Source of the DNA: Octopus sinensis
Taxonomy: Eukaryota
Assembly: GCF_006345805.1 (NCBI RefSeq)
Contig: NC_042998.1
Span: 77,996,001 to 78,060,000 of the forward strand
Direction: 5' to 3'
Length of the DNA stretch: 64,000 bases
Shown here: piece by piece, positions 13,302 through 27,272 of the stretch
How positions within the stretch are numbered: position 1 is the stretch's first letter
Layout: every line of letters starts with the position of its first letter
Notes under the pieces: model-generated
What the model saw: the letters and a program-made list of their open reading frames with translations, nothing else
Databases searched by the model: none
Told to the model about the DNA's origin: nothing
Translations under genes and position numbers: made by a program

Positions 13302-14666
13302 TACATTTGCATATACAAATATGAGCGTACATGTATATGAGTTTTAATATACATATATTATATTTATATGTATTTCTATAGAATTTATATAACTATACAT
13401 ACACATAATTTTGTGCACAGACAAACACTACTACATAAGCATACATACACATACATTAACACATAACCACGTCCGTATATATATATATGCACATACATAC
13501 GTACATACTTATGGATACACATACGCAATTATTAAGAGAATATTGTTTAATAAATATCAGTAGTGCTATATCGCTCGAAACTATACATACATACATACAT
13601 ACATACATACATACATACATACACATATACATACATTCGTGCATATATACATACACCTACATGTGTGTGCATACGTGTGCGCGCAAGCGCACGCAGACAT
13701 ATAGACACACACACACATATGTATATATTGCAATACGTTTAAATAAAAGCACTGACCACTCCTGTTGATTTATTATTCAGACATTGTTGTCCTATAGTTA
13801 TATTATAAAATTCAGTAATAGCTGTCTTTAGACAGAGACTATTTTGCGAACAACTTCTCTTCTCACTTCTCTGGGTGGAATATAAACAGGTACAGTTGTA
13901 TAATGTAGTGATTCAATTCCTTTCCACTAGCTCTGTGGTTTATAAATAAAAGATCATTATTATTCCGAACAGGTAAGCCATACCGCTGTTGATCCCCTCT
14001 ATGGTCATTTGACCTGTAAGAAATCGTAGTCAAATCTATTATCTCAGGAAGGGAAGACATCGGATAATGTAGATTTGAAATACAAAAAGACTAGATTTTC
14101 ATAGCGTGAACACCTTTGATACCTTCAGTCAGCGTTGCTCTATAGCTGAACTGCGGCTAAGCAACTCGACAAGGGGAAGGCTTTTCAAATTATTTAGGTC
14201 TCTCGCTCTTAAGATATTTATTTTCGACTATTCCTGAAATGCTGGACCTTTATAATTAATGTAGAGTAATTAGGAAATGAATTTTCACATCCTTACTTTT
14301 GCATAAAGGTACAATTGTTTGGGGAAAGATCAACGTTCATTGAATCAATAGCAACTCATTATTGATATATTTAATTGAAGTTTTTGTATGAAAATGCAAT
14401 TGAAATTGGTAATATTTACGAAATATCCTACATATTTAGTTTGACATTATATCGTCTCGGACAATATATTGCCTCTAGTATAAAACAACTAAAAAGTTAT
14501 TAAGTTGTCGGAAAAGAACCAACTTGTTGCCTTATATTCCTTTATTCTGTATGTTTCAGCCCTTGGGCTCTAGCCATGCTAGAGCACCGTCGGTATTTAA
14601 TTTCATTTCTCTAAGTTTTCATTATTTACAATTGACGGATATTTGTCCTCATATTGTTTGTTGTTA

Positions 14667-14706
14667 ACACAATGTTTCGGCTGATACACCCTCGAGCCTT
14701 CATCAG
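14667..14706 (-). ncRNA. Minimal type-I hammerhead ribozyme motif (Penelope type), stem I disrupted
   Basis: Minus strand reads CTGATGA-A-GGCT(12 nt)AGCC-GAAA-CATT-GTGT. The upstream stem-I strand is replaced by a local inversion. Confidence 0.65.
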
Positions 14707-14783
14707 GGATGAGAACCTGGGTTCTCATCCCTAAGGTATTTTTCGGTTCTGTTATTATTATTATTATCATTATTATTATTATA

Positions 14784-14840
<57 letters not shown>

Positions 14841-14851
14841 TTTATTATTCA

Positions 14852-14918
14852 GACGTAGTGGTTAAGAGAGCGGGCTACTAACCCCAAGATTCCGAGTTCG
14901 ATTCTAGGCAGTGACCTG
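14852..14918 (+). mobile_element. Short tRNA-derived SINE head followed directly by (AAT)n
   Basis: A-box GTAGTGGTTAAG and B-box GAGTTCGATTCT; no intact acceptor stem. Confidence 0.6.
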
Positions 14919-14934
14919 AATAATAATAATAAAA

Positions 14935-14976
<42 letters not shown>

Positions 14977-14994
14977 GTAATAGTAATAGTAATG

Positions 14995-15040
<46 letters not shown>

Positions 15041-15173
15041 GAAGAAGAAGAAGAAGAAGAGAAGAAGAAGAAGAAGAAGAAGAAGAAGAAGAAGAAGAAG
15101 AAGAAGAAGAAGAAGAAGAAGAAGAAGAGAGAAGAAGAAGAAGAAGAAGAAGAAGAAGAAGAAGAAGAAGAAG

Positions 15174-15210
<37 letters not shown>
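14919..15210. repeat. Compound microsatellite (AAT)n(AAG)n(AAC)n
   Basis: Direct reading. Confidence 0.95.
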
Positions 15211-15258
15211 TTGAAAAATACCTTAGGAAGGAGAACCCAGGTTCGAAATTTCCCCAAC

Positions 15259-15302
15259 ACACCTGATGAAGGCTAGAGAGTATATCAGCTGAAACATTGT
15301 GT
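15259..15302 (+). ncRNA. Minimal type-I hammerhead ribozyme motif (Penelope type)
   Basis: Stem I ACAC/GTGT, CTGATGA (15263..15269), extra A, stem II GGCT/AGCT, GAAA (15291..15294), then ACAT-T. Confidence 0.7.
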
Positions 15303-16096
15303 TAACAACGACCAAGATGAGGAAAAATATCCGTCAATTGTAAATAATGTGCATAATTCCTCATCTCTTAAATACAGAAATGTATTCTCTAAGTTTTCAT
15401 TACAAATCTCACAAGTATTAATTCTTTATCTTGACTTACGTTCAGCCCTGGTATCCAATGAACTAAGAAAACTTTATGTCCATTAATTTATTCAACAGTA
15501 ATCTTCTCTTCAATTGGTTTTGTGTCAATTTATGAAAACATTTTGAAAAGAAAAAAGAAGCTGTAGAAGAGAAATCTGTAGATCGTCAGAATAATGTCTT
15601 ACCATATATTATATTGTACTGCTCTGTCATCATAAGTTTACATCCAGCACACATTTCATGGTTTATCATTCGTTAAAATGCACACCAGTCGAATGTTTAC
15701 TCTCTTAAAACGTGTAACTTAATTCTAATATAAAAGCTAATGTTAAAAGACAGAGATGGAGTTGCCAAAACAGGCGAAAGTCGCATTAAATGCAGTAGGT
15801 TATTTCTCCTCTCGTCATATTTCTCCTCTTCGAAATACTAAAAGAGTCAATCTTGTATTCGGCGTGTAAATAATGGATACAAATACGGCTTAAACCAATA
15901 CAATGCGATTTGAAAACTAGACTAGCACCAAGTCAATAGAAAATGTTGTAATTTTATATATTACAAGTTAGGAATTATGTTGAACTTGTTTTATAATATA
16001 TGTTCAAATGCAAGGAAAGATTATGTAATAAGAAAAGGCTGTTTCTGTATTAATGTAACACACTCGGGCATATAAACACACATATACATATTTCTG

Positions 16097-16164
<68 letters not shown>

Positions 16165-16259
16165 TTTTTAGTTGTTTCAATTATTTATATATATATATAT
16201 ATATATATTGGTTACAGTTTTTGGCACAAATTCAGTGATTTCAAGGGCGAGGTATGTCT

Positions 16260-16385
16260 ATTAAATTGACCACCGTGTACAACTGGAACGAATGAAAGGC
16301 AAAGTCGACCTTAGCGGAATTTGAATCGAGAACTTAGAGACAGACGAATTGCTGCTAAGCATATTGCCTGGCGCGGTAACGAATC
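16260..16385 (-). mobile_element. SINE family B fragment
   Basis: Reverse complement of the family B head and central domain. Confidence 0.7.
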
Positions 16386-16395
16386 TACAGGCTTG

Positions 16396-16436
<41 letters not shown>

Positions 16437-16520
16437 CAATGATAAATCTCTGAACGAGGTATAGACAGTAACTGCACGACAATGTGAAGTATATTTGCCA
16501 TCTAAATATTTATATATATA

Positions 16521-17023
16521 CTAGCAGTATCGCCCGGCGTTGCTCGGGTTTGTAAGGGAAATAACTATATAAGCATTTTTAGAGAGTTACTTCCCTTATA
16601 AATTCGGGCTTTCTTAGCCATTTTTGTTTTGGTGTCTTCAAGCCATGAAGTCGTTGTTCTAAAAGAACGCTGGTTTCCTTCACAACGCATTACGACGTTG
16701 ATTTCTTTACACTCCCTTCCCCACAGCTTCACGAGGGAGGGAAGGGGGAGAAGCAAACAGGTGCAGCTGTGAGCGTGGACGCCAACTCCGCCGCCATCGA
16801 CACACGATGCATTTTATGCATTAAAATGGAATAAAAAATGATGTTAAATTATTTTTAAAATCGTAGACTCATCGTTGACGCGCGCTAATAGTCAGACGGG
16901 CTCGATATGAATCACGACTATAAGATACCCGAATTTGGTTAAACTGAACCGCAAAATGTGGGAGGAGTTAGGAATCTAAATCGAAGGGGACAGACACTCA
17001 CACAACTAGAGTTTTATACATAT

Positions 17024-17026
<3 letters not shown>
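16521..17026 (-). mobile_element. Non-autonomous Helitron
   Basis: Minus strand starts A|TC at 17026 and ends CCCGAGCAACGCCGGG hairpin...CTAG|T at 16521, the canonical Helitron termini in an AT target. Confidence 0.75.
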
Positions 17027-17060
<34 letters not shown>

Positions 17061-17386
17061 TGTTTGTGTGTGTGCGTATTCGAATATATAAGTTTATATG
17101 TGTGTTTTTGCTCATACTTGATGTTCATCAATATATTTCATTTACTATACTTATGATTTAACATATACACTTATTCCTAACACTAGCATAAGCAAATTGC
17201 ATGCGTTTGGATGGATATATACGAATTAATCAACCTTAGTGCTTGACTGGTACTTCATTCCCGATTATGAACAAATATTACTTATGTTCAACTTCTGTCA
17301 CCTTCCTTGGGCGACTGAAAAGACACACTTGGCCTCGGCAATCTCTCATTCTGTACACAAACGCACGTACGCACACGCGCGCACAC

Positions 17387-17430
<44 letters not shown>

Positions 17431-19741
17431 TTACTACAAGCGATTCTACGTTTATGGATGTGCTGGAACAGTCGACAAATCTGAATATATGTGTATATAT
17501 AAAAACGCTACAGCACATCCGTGTTTCCATTATTTCGTTTGCACACCCTGTCTATTTATCGTGTTACGGAATTTAAAAGTAGATGTCTCTGTCACCTTTA
17601 ATCCATTTATTCTATAAGAAAACTTATAGGAAAATGATTGCAAATTGAAGCATTCTCAGGAATTCCTCCATAATTATTCTCACTGTTGACGTATGCAGTT
17701 ACACTACCAGGCATAATGTTGAAATCACCAGAAATACTTTTTCGTTTGCTGGGATTACTTTATAGAAATTCGCGTTTATTGGTTTATTCTAACTTCTCCT
17801 GAGATACTGGAGTTAATAATAATTCTGAAACAATTTCTTGGCAAAATGCATCACAAAAATTTCACTACTATCCGGTAATCATACAATCATATAATTGATA
17901 ACTGGAACACTATCCTCAGTGAACGTTTAATGTATCTCTCATAGCTGACCAGTGAAGATGCTTCACAATCTGTCAAAGATAACCGAATACACCTTACGTC
18001 GTTTTTAAGGAAGAGGGCGGACACGTGACTCGTGATATTTTATAACTCAACGAAAAGACAAAATTGTCTTAGGTCACACTTAAATCTGCTTTTTTCTAAG
18101 GAAGACAAGAAATTCGGATGAGGGTATTTAGTCGATTAATTTTGTCTCCAAAACTTCTTTGGTACTAATTTCATCGACCTTGAAAGATTGAAAGGCAAAG
18201 CTGACCTTAGCGAAATTTGAACTCAGAACTTTAAGTTCCAGAAGATCTAACTTCAAGGTATTCTGCTTGATGCTGAGCCACCATAATCTGGAATTAAAGA
18301 ATAACATTGACAACGCTACACAGAAATATATAGTGTGTATACTCTGGAAAAGAGCTTAAAATTATATAAATCCACCTAGACAGGATTTATATTCAACATA
18401 TTAAATCAAATCACACTATTTAACAGATTTTTTTTTTTGTTTTTTTTTATTATGACGAGAACATTGACATTTGTATCGTTAAGCCACACAAAGAGATGTC
18501 GGTGCATATCTCCTTGCTGTTATTCTGGTGTGCGTATATATAGCAAAGTTTACGTCACTATGTCCAAGTAGAAAGGTGATGGTCACCAGAGAAATGACTG
18601 CCAGAAAGGTAACCAGGTACCACATATATGTCTATATAAATATTTTTATTCTGTGCCATAATAAAAAGAGTGATGTCTGTGATTACTCTAGCAAAAGAAA
18701 ATAATTCCTTTGTTGATCAAGTGCCACGTATCAGGTGGATTCACATATTAGTGTAGCTCATTCAGCGGTGGTGCCCCAGCATGGCCGCGGCCTTCGGGCT
18801 GAAACATTTTTAAGGATTTAAGGATTTAAGGAATGATGTACATATCATTCTTAACAGATTTGAACGTTGATATATTAATCACTTTCATTTCGCCTTCTGA
18901 GAATGTTTGCTGACTAAATAATCAATCAATTGACAAAGGGGATTTTATCCACCAGTTTTTGACATGATAGTATCTCTTCAGTCAAACATTCTTCTAGATT
19001 AATTAATCTAAGGAAGAATGGTCGTTCCTGTTTCAATATTCACATACACATAAATACTTTAAATAAATGTGCGTGTGTGTGGGGGGAACAAACGAAAATG
19101 CCATTCGCGACCTTTCAATAAAGCACTGATACGAGGGAACAATACATACATATACACACACAACCATAAGGTAGAATATGCTAAAATAACTTTATCATGA
19201 AGAACGTTTTAGTACCGGTTTCATCCTTTGCATCTTTTTCAACTTAGAGTAAATCATCAAAAACAAATAAATTGTGGAAAATTAAATGAAATGTTTGTTT
19301 TAAATATTTTCACTTTTGAAATGCAAGGGACGTTTTCCTTTTTTCTGTCTCTGTCTCTTTTTTTTACTCCTGTGAGTTCTATGTTGGTGGTAGCGGCTAG
19401 TAGTAGTAGTTTGATATGAATTCTTGTCTTTGATTGTTTAAGCAGCAGTAGTATTAGAGAAAGGAGGTGGCGAAAAAGAAGAAGAAGAAGAAGAAGAAGA
19501 AGAAGAAGAAGAAGAATGCGGGAGTGGTATGATAGTAGGAGGATGTTGGTGAAATCCTCTTAAATGGTCAAGTGACTTAAAAGTGACCTATTGTGAATGT
19601 AATAGTAGTGACTGGAATTGTTCTGAATAAATTCATGGGTATTGACTGTTCTGAATACATCATTTTTAATATTGGCGTGGATATTATTGTAAGGCCCTGG
19701 TTATATTACAAGGGCCTTAGAATAATTACCACGCAAATATT

Positions 19742-20165
19742 CGTTTCTACTCTAGGCACAAGGGCCGAATTTTTTGGGGGTGGGGCCAGTCAATTAGATC
19801 GCCCCAGTACGCAACTGGTACTTATTTTATCGACACCGAAAGGATGAAAGACCAGGTCGACCTCGGCGGAATTTGAACTCAAAACTTAAAGACAGGCGAA
19901 ATACTGCCAAGCATTTCGCCCGGCGTGCTAACGTTTCTTATTTCTTTACTGCCGAAGGGGTTACACACAGAGGGGACAAACAAGGACAGACAAACGGATT
20001 AAGTCGATTATATCGACCCCAGTGCGTAACTGGTATTTATTTAATCGACCCCGAAAGGATAAATGGCAAAATCGGCCTCGGCGGAATTTGAACTCAGAAG
20101 GTAGCGGTACACGAAATACTGCTAGGCATTTCATTCGGCGTGCTAACCTTTCTGCCAGCTCGCCG
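19742..20165 (-). mobile_element. SINE family B, nested or composite copies
   Basis: Two ...CCGAAAGGAT..AAA..CCTCGGCGGAATTTGAACTC units in tandem. Confidence 0.8.
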
Positions 20166-20279
20166 CCTTACCCTCACAAATATTAAAAACGATATATTCA
20201 GAACAGTCACTTCACATGAATTTATTCAGAACAATTCCAAATACTTCTATTACAACCACAATGGGCCTCTCTCTCTATT

Positions 20280-20381
<102 letters not shown>

Positions 20382-20634
20382 TGTTTGCGTGTGTCTGTGT
20401 CTGTGTGTGCGTGTTGCAGCGTAGCACAGAAATTTTTCAGTGAACAGGTCGCGCTTTCAAAGCGACAGAAATATTTTGACAAATTAAATTTGAATATTGA
20501 AGAGAATCTAAAAGAGGTTTTTTTTTTTTTTAAATGTCTTATAAAAACACCTTCCACACTGCAATTGTTTTTGTTTCAGCACACGATCACAGATCAGCAG
20601 ATCAGTTTACTTGCTATGCAAGCACATCACCATA

Positions 20635-20744
<110 letters not shown>

Positions 20745-20965
20745 ATAATGGGGGAGATAAGTTTAATATTAATTTAATTAATATCAATTTAAAACCAATA
20801 GCCTAGCATACAAAAATCTGAAAAATCAGAGAAAATTCTAATACATGTGTATATTCAAAGGGCAAGACTACTAGGTAGTCGGCCGTATGCTAGAAATAGA
20901 TCATCAACGATGAAACTAGTATTTCCATATATGCATACTAGTGGTCTTGCCCTTTGAATATACAC

Positions 20966-21016
<51 letters not shown>

Positions 21017-21777
21017 TACAGAGAGAGAGAGCTATCCATCTATCTATGTGTGTGCGTGTCTCTGTGTGTGTCTGTGTCCGTGCGTGTAAAATAAATGGAA
21101 GAAATAGACCGTACGCTGAGAGTTAGAACAATCACCTGGTGGCATTTGAAATCAACTGAAAATTAAAAGAAGAGATAATCTCAAGTATCAAGGTATCTCC
21201 AAAATTGACATAGAATTTAGGAAAGGGCAGTCAGTTAACTGGAGACAGTGGTACAACTGTGGACACCTGCCTGTTTTTCCATGAGTTAAAGTTTTCAACA
21301 CAACGTTTGTTCTAGTGTATCTCCAGGAAACAGGAATATTTACACATACAGAAAAAAGTTAGAAGAGATTTATGGCATACCTAATTTACATAACTGAAAC
21401 AAAAATGACTAGAAGGAATAATTGAGAGTAAAACTGAAATGGAATAATTGAGAGTGACGTGTGGAAAACATAAACAGATAAAACTATATTTAATAACGTG
21501 TATAAAGATAAATTCTTGAATTATTGGAATCCTTACTATATGCGTACAGATATCTGTGGGGTGGGTGGGGGTGTTACATAGACATATTTTTCCATATATG
21601 CATACTGTATATATTATGCATTCGTATGTATATTACATTATATATATTAGATATGTTGTATAACATATATGTATATATGTGTGTGTATACACACAAACAC
21701 ATATATACATACATATATATATGCTTATATATATATATATATACATATATATGTATGTGTCTATATATATGTAAATA

Positions 21778-21853
<76 letters not shown>

Positions 21854-21862
21854 ATATAATAA

Positions 21863-21905
<43 letters not shown>

Positions 21906-21910
21906 ATATA

Positions 21911-22300
21911 CTCTTTTACTTGTTTCAGTCATTTGACTGCGGCCATGCTGGAGCACCGCCTTTAATCGAGCAACTCGACACCCGCACTTATTCTTTGTAA
22001 GCCCAGTACTTATTCTATCGGTCTCTTTTGCCGAACCGCTAGGTGACGGGGACATAAACACACCAGCATCGGTTGTCAAGCAATGCTAGGGGGACAAACA
22101 CGGACACGCAAACACACACACACATATATATATATACATATATACGACGGGCTTCATTCAGTTTCCGTCTACCAAATCCACTCACAAGGCTTTGGTCGGC
22201 TCGAGGCTATAGTAGAAGACACTTGCCCAAGGTGCCATGCAGTGGGACTGAACCCGGAACCATGTGGTTGGTAAACAAGCTACTTACCACACAGCCACTC
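21911..22300 (-). mobile_element. SINE family A, full length
   Basis: Reverse complement of the 9478..9850 element. Confidence 0.85.
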
Positions 22301-22921
22301 ATATATAATACATATATGAATGCATGAAGGTTTGTAAATGTACACATACTTATGTCGAGATAAGTATACAAATCTATGTCCATACCAATATGTCTATATC
22401 AATCAATACTATTAATATTTTGCCATATCTCTCATTTGCGTGCTGGTAGTAATGAAAAGAAAATGATTAGAAATGGTAACAAAATTGTTCCTGTGGGAAT
22501 TTCGTCATAAATCTGTTTGTAAATGTGCCAATGCGGGTGTGAATATTATTAAGTAGGGAATTTAGGAACACAGTCATCCAAATAAGCCACATGTTTTCAC
22601 TCAAAGTTTGGGGCATTTCACGGGAAGTGCACAAATTATATACAATTTCCTTTCTGACTTATTAGCATCAGGTGGGATAGGCTACAGGCAGGCTGTCTTG
22701 GGCTTTGAAATCTACATGATGATTAAGTCTGACCATTACTCTGTGGAATCGTTAATACTGACCGGAAGACGATCTTCTCAAATTACTATTTTCAATAATG
22801 AAGCTTTCTAATATAGGAACACGACTGAGCGCAATGCATGTTGTGTTACGTTCAAGCGGTGATTTATTGATATACCCTTTTATTTTATAGGTTAGATATA
22901 ATTTCTTTTATACAAATATAT

Positions 22922-23000
<79 letters not shown>

Positions 23001-23098
23001 AGGATAAGATCGTTAATTTAAATATCGATCTTATCAAGTGGCCAACATGGGAATAAAAACCTTCAAAGGTAATAATTATTATTAAAATTATAATTTCA

Positions 23099-23456
23099 GG
23101 TATCTAAGAGGTACCGCCACGCTGGAAATAGCAGCCAAAACCTGACTCTAAAACCACATTAAATGTTCATACAGCAGCAGGAGTTAAGACAAAAATACAA
23201 CATAAACTAACAAGAAATTACTGGATAAATCCAGATCCCGGATTTCTGACTTTGCATAAGAAATGCTTTGCCTTGTCAGTGTTACTATCTGCGTATATTC
23301 TACTAACGAGGATCCGGGATCTGGAATTATCCAGTAATTTTTTGCTAGTTTGTTTTGTCTTTTTGTCCTATCTCCGGGTGCTGTATGAACATTTAATGTG
23401 GTTTTAGAGTGAAGTTTTGGCTGCTATTTCCAGCGTGGCGGTACCTCTTAGCTACC
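23099..23456. repeat. Long inverted repeat (~145-bp arms, ~68-bp spacer)
   Basis: GGTATCTAAGAGGTACCGCCACGCTGGAAATAGCAGCCAAAAC... is mirrored at the right end; arms diverged by roughly 10-15% by eye. Confidence 0.9.
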
Positions 23457-23894
23457 CTATATATATATACAATTATTTTTATATTATACATTTAGTGTCA
23501 CTACTTCTTCCTCCTAAATGAAAGGGGCATGTTGTTCTTTCTTACAGCTTTCTGAGGATCTTGAACTTGTAATCATACCTTGGAAATCATATGAAGAAAA
23601 CGAAATAAGTTGACAAGAGTAAATCTGCATATTTCAGGAGATTTTTCTAGAAGCCGTCAAAGTTCATCGTTAAGTTGAGACTCGTATTATCTATGATAAA
23701 TATGAAATGACACTTATAATTACAATGTACTTTATGTAGCTCATGTATTTCCATGTTAGCAGCTCCATAATGAAAATATGTTTCTTGCGTATTTCACTTG
23801 TAGTTTGTTTGTAAATCGACCTTAGAAGACGTTTCCTTTGAGCAATGCACTGAAGTATGCTTTGGAAACTGGGAGAAACTCAATTATATAAATT

Positions 23895-24120
23895 ACTTTA
23901 CTTCTTCCATTCATCTGACCGCGGCCATGCTGGAGTACTGCCTTGAAGGAATTTAGTCAAAATAATCGATCCCAGGACTTATTCTTTGCAAGCCTAGTAC
24001 TTATTCTATCGGTCTCTATTGCCGAACCGCTAAGTTACAGGATAGTAAACACACCAGCATCGCTTGTCAAGCGATGGTGGAGAGAAAAACATAGACACAA
24101 AGACACACACATAAATACGC
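23895..24120 (-). mobile_element. SINE family A, 3' half
   Basis: GCGGCCATGCTGGAGTACTGCC...GCCGAACCGCTAAG. Confidence 0.75.
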
Positions 24121-25034
24121 ACACACACACACACATATACATACATATGTATGTATGTGTATATATTGCTGTATTTCCGGATGGTCTTTTTTTTGCCAAA
24201 TAAACACACTCACTATATATTTTTCCTTCACTCGTTTAATACTATTCTTATTTTATTTTAACTCATGTCCATTGTCCGGAAAAGTTTCCTTACACAGCTG
24301 TGACCTCTTCAACGACACTTTTCGTTTCGTGTGTTTTTGCTGCCCTTACTCCATTCTGTTCTTCTAAGATGTGTATCCTTATGTGCACGTGTTTATGTCA
24401 TTGTTTGTGTGTGTGTATGTGTGTGTGTAAATGCTTGCGTGTGTGTCATACATTTTAGCATAACTGTGGCCTTCTCCTCAGCCTCATTCTCCTACCCCAT
24501 TGTGCTGCTGCTGTCCTAAGACCCGAAAAAGACATTTGCTCAAGGTACCGCGCAGTGGGACTGAATCTGGAACTATATAGTTGGGAGGCAAGCTTCTTAC
24601 TACACAGCCAAACCCAGTAGGGTGTGATTTGAGGGAGATTTGGCTACTATTTTTAGCAGGTCTAGCTATGATGTAAAAGTGCCTTTTTTCTTAGTTTTTG
24701 GTTTTTCGGGTCAGAAGCAGCACAATGGGGTAAGAGTATGGGTCTGAGGAGAAGGCCTCACTGCTGCTAAAAACTACGACACTCACATAATCATACACAC
24801 ACATACACACACAGGCACACACACATAAACCACCACCACCATCACCAACAGAACCACCACGACCGTTACCCCCACCATCTCCACCATCACACTACAAGGC
24901 TTTGGTCAGCCCGAGGCTATACTAGAAGACTCTTAACCAAGGTACCATGTAGTGGGACTGAAGCTTGAGCAATGCGGCTGGAGAGCAAGATCGTTTATAT
25001 TTTATCTTCTAATTATTTCTGTCATTTGCCTGCG

Positions 25035-25380
25035 GCCATGATGTGGCATCTCCTTGAAGGGGATTCAATCGACCAAAACCACACCAGGGCTTATGTTATT
25101 TTTACGCCCAGTACTTATTCTATCGGCTTATTTTGCCGAACCGCTAATTCATGGGACGTAATCGTACCAGCACTGGTTGTCAAACACAGACACAAAGACA
25201 CATACACGTACACACACACATAAACACACACACACACACGCCCATACACACACACACTTATATATATATATGAGCTTCTTTGAGTTACCGTCTACTAGAT
25301 CTACTGACAAGGCTTGGGACTGATCCCAGAACCATATGGTTGGTAAGCAAGCTTTTTACACACATCCACGCCTGCGCCTA
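25035..25380 (-). mobile_element. SINE family A, degenerate
   Basis: Similar to the 21911..22300 copy. Confidence 0.65.
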
Positions 25381-25416
25381 TACATACATACATACATATA
25401 TGTATACATATATATG

Positions 25417-25468
<52 letters not shown>

Positions 25469-25498
25469 ATAATATATATATATATATATTATATATAT

Positions 25499-25568
<70 letters not shown>

Positions 25569-25740
25569 TTTTTATATCAGAAAACATATATAGATAACGA
25601 AAATATTTGTTGGCCTTTTATGGTTTTTCTAATTATTTATATAGTATTATGTTATATATTATATTCATATTTAATGTAGTATTGTAATATAAATAAATTA
25701 TTAGATTGTCAATAGAATATCTCTATATTTAATTTATCCA

Positions 25741-25807
<67 letters not shown>

Positions 25808-26299
25808 AAGCTTCGTAGAAATTTTGGTTTCTTATATAGCTACTATTTCCTGCGAAGAATTTTATTCTATTTTCACTTGCTATGAGTGACAAGCTAAAAT
25901 TATTTTCCCTTATTGATCCATTTTACTGTCTCCTGAAATTGTCTTTTTGTGATAACTGGCATATCTGTCAAACAAATTCGGGCCATAACACTGTATAATG
26001 TATTTTTGCATGAATTTTGTATCCGTTTATCTCATACATACATACATACATACATACAACATACATACATACATACATACATACATACATGCATACATAC
26101 ATACATACATAAATACATACATACATACATACATACATGAATGCATGCATACACACATACATATATACATACATGTGCATGTGCTACACATAGAAATACA
26201 TGCGCACACACATACACATTTGTATGTATGCATGTATATATGTATGTATGTATTTATGTATGTATGTATGTATGTATCTATGTATGCATGAATGTATGT

Positions 26300-26690
26300 T
26301 TATGCATACATGTCAGGTCAATTTTGAGTGCTACTGGTAACATGTAACCCAGTACAACCTGTTGCATGGTCGCGTCGTCGGTGACTAAACCGGCAACCCC
26401 ACCAAGCTTGCTTGGTGAGGAGGGTGTTTATTGGACACCCTGCAGGATGAAAAACAAAACCTGTCAAAGGGCGGAGGAACTCTTGAGAGTCAACGGCCAT
26501 CCAATAAATGTCTTAAGGCTGTAACATGCGCGGGGACATAGAAATAATCGGACTGAATACCCGATCGCGCGGTTAAACCATTGGGAGTGAAGGACTCCTA
26601 GCCTTTGTTAGGGCATCCTTCTAGGAGAAGGTAACTCAGGTAACTGGCATAACTCCGACATAAAACCTGCGGCTCAGTGGTTACCGATGA
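26300..26690 (+). mobile_element. GC-rich structured segment, possibly an RTE-type LINE 5' UTR
   Basis: GGGCATCCTTCTAGGAGAAGGTAACTC resembles RTE 5' UTR motifs as I recall them; several consecutive hairpins. Confidence 0.35.
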
Positions 26691-27272
26691 TGTTGACTTG
26701 TTTTTCTTTTCGGATTATGGCTGCTGTTGCTTAGTGAGTGGGATTGACTCAGTGCACAACCTTTCCACACTTTAAAAAAATCTTCTTGCACAGGCATTGC
26801 ACGATAACAGCATTGATTAAGCTTCGTGCAATGGCCATATTCGATAATGAGTGGGCAGCAACCATGTTTATGCATGTACGTATTTGTTTCACGCTCCTTT
26901 ATGATACTAGCATTTTGGGGACAAAGGAAGAAACAGAAGTAATTCTAGTGCGGCATTATGTCTCTTACAATTTGTATATCAGAAATTCATCGACAAAAGT
27001 TTATTCTTAAAAAAAGACGACAGATTAAAATATAATAAATACTAAAATCTTGAAACAATAGACTAGAAAAATTAGTTATGAGGCAAATCTCTGATAAAGT
27101 AATCGATTTTTTAAGATTTACATATATGTGCCCGAGAAGCTGTATGCATATATATACAAAATCAAATACACATACACAAGGTGAGTGTGTTGTTAATTCG
27201 TGGGGCGGCTGCGTTCTTTTAAGCGTGAGACAATATATTGTGAATGCCCCTGGTGTGAAACTCCTAAAAGTA

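Noticed and set aside
14849-15276. Long poly-L/I/E/R ORFs, and similar low-complexity ORFs at 2.3-2.7, 4.6-4.8, 21.5-22.0, 25.3-26.3, 28.2-28.4 and 51.2-52.1 kb
   Set aside because: They are translations of microsatellites.
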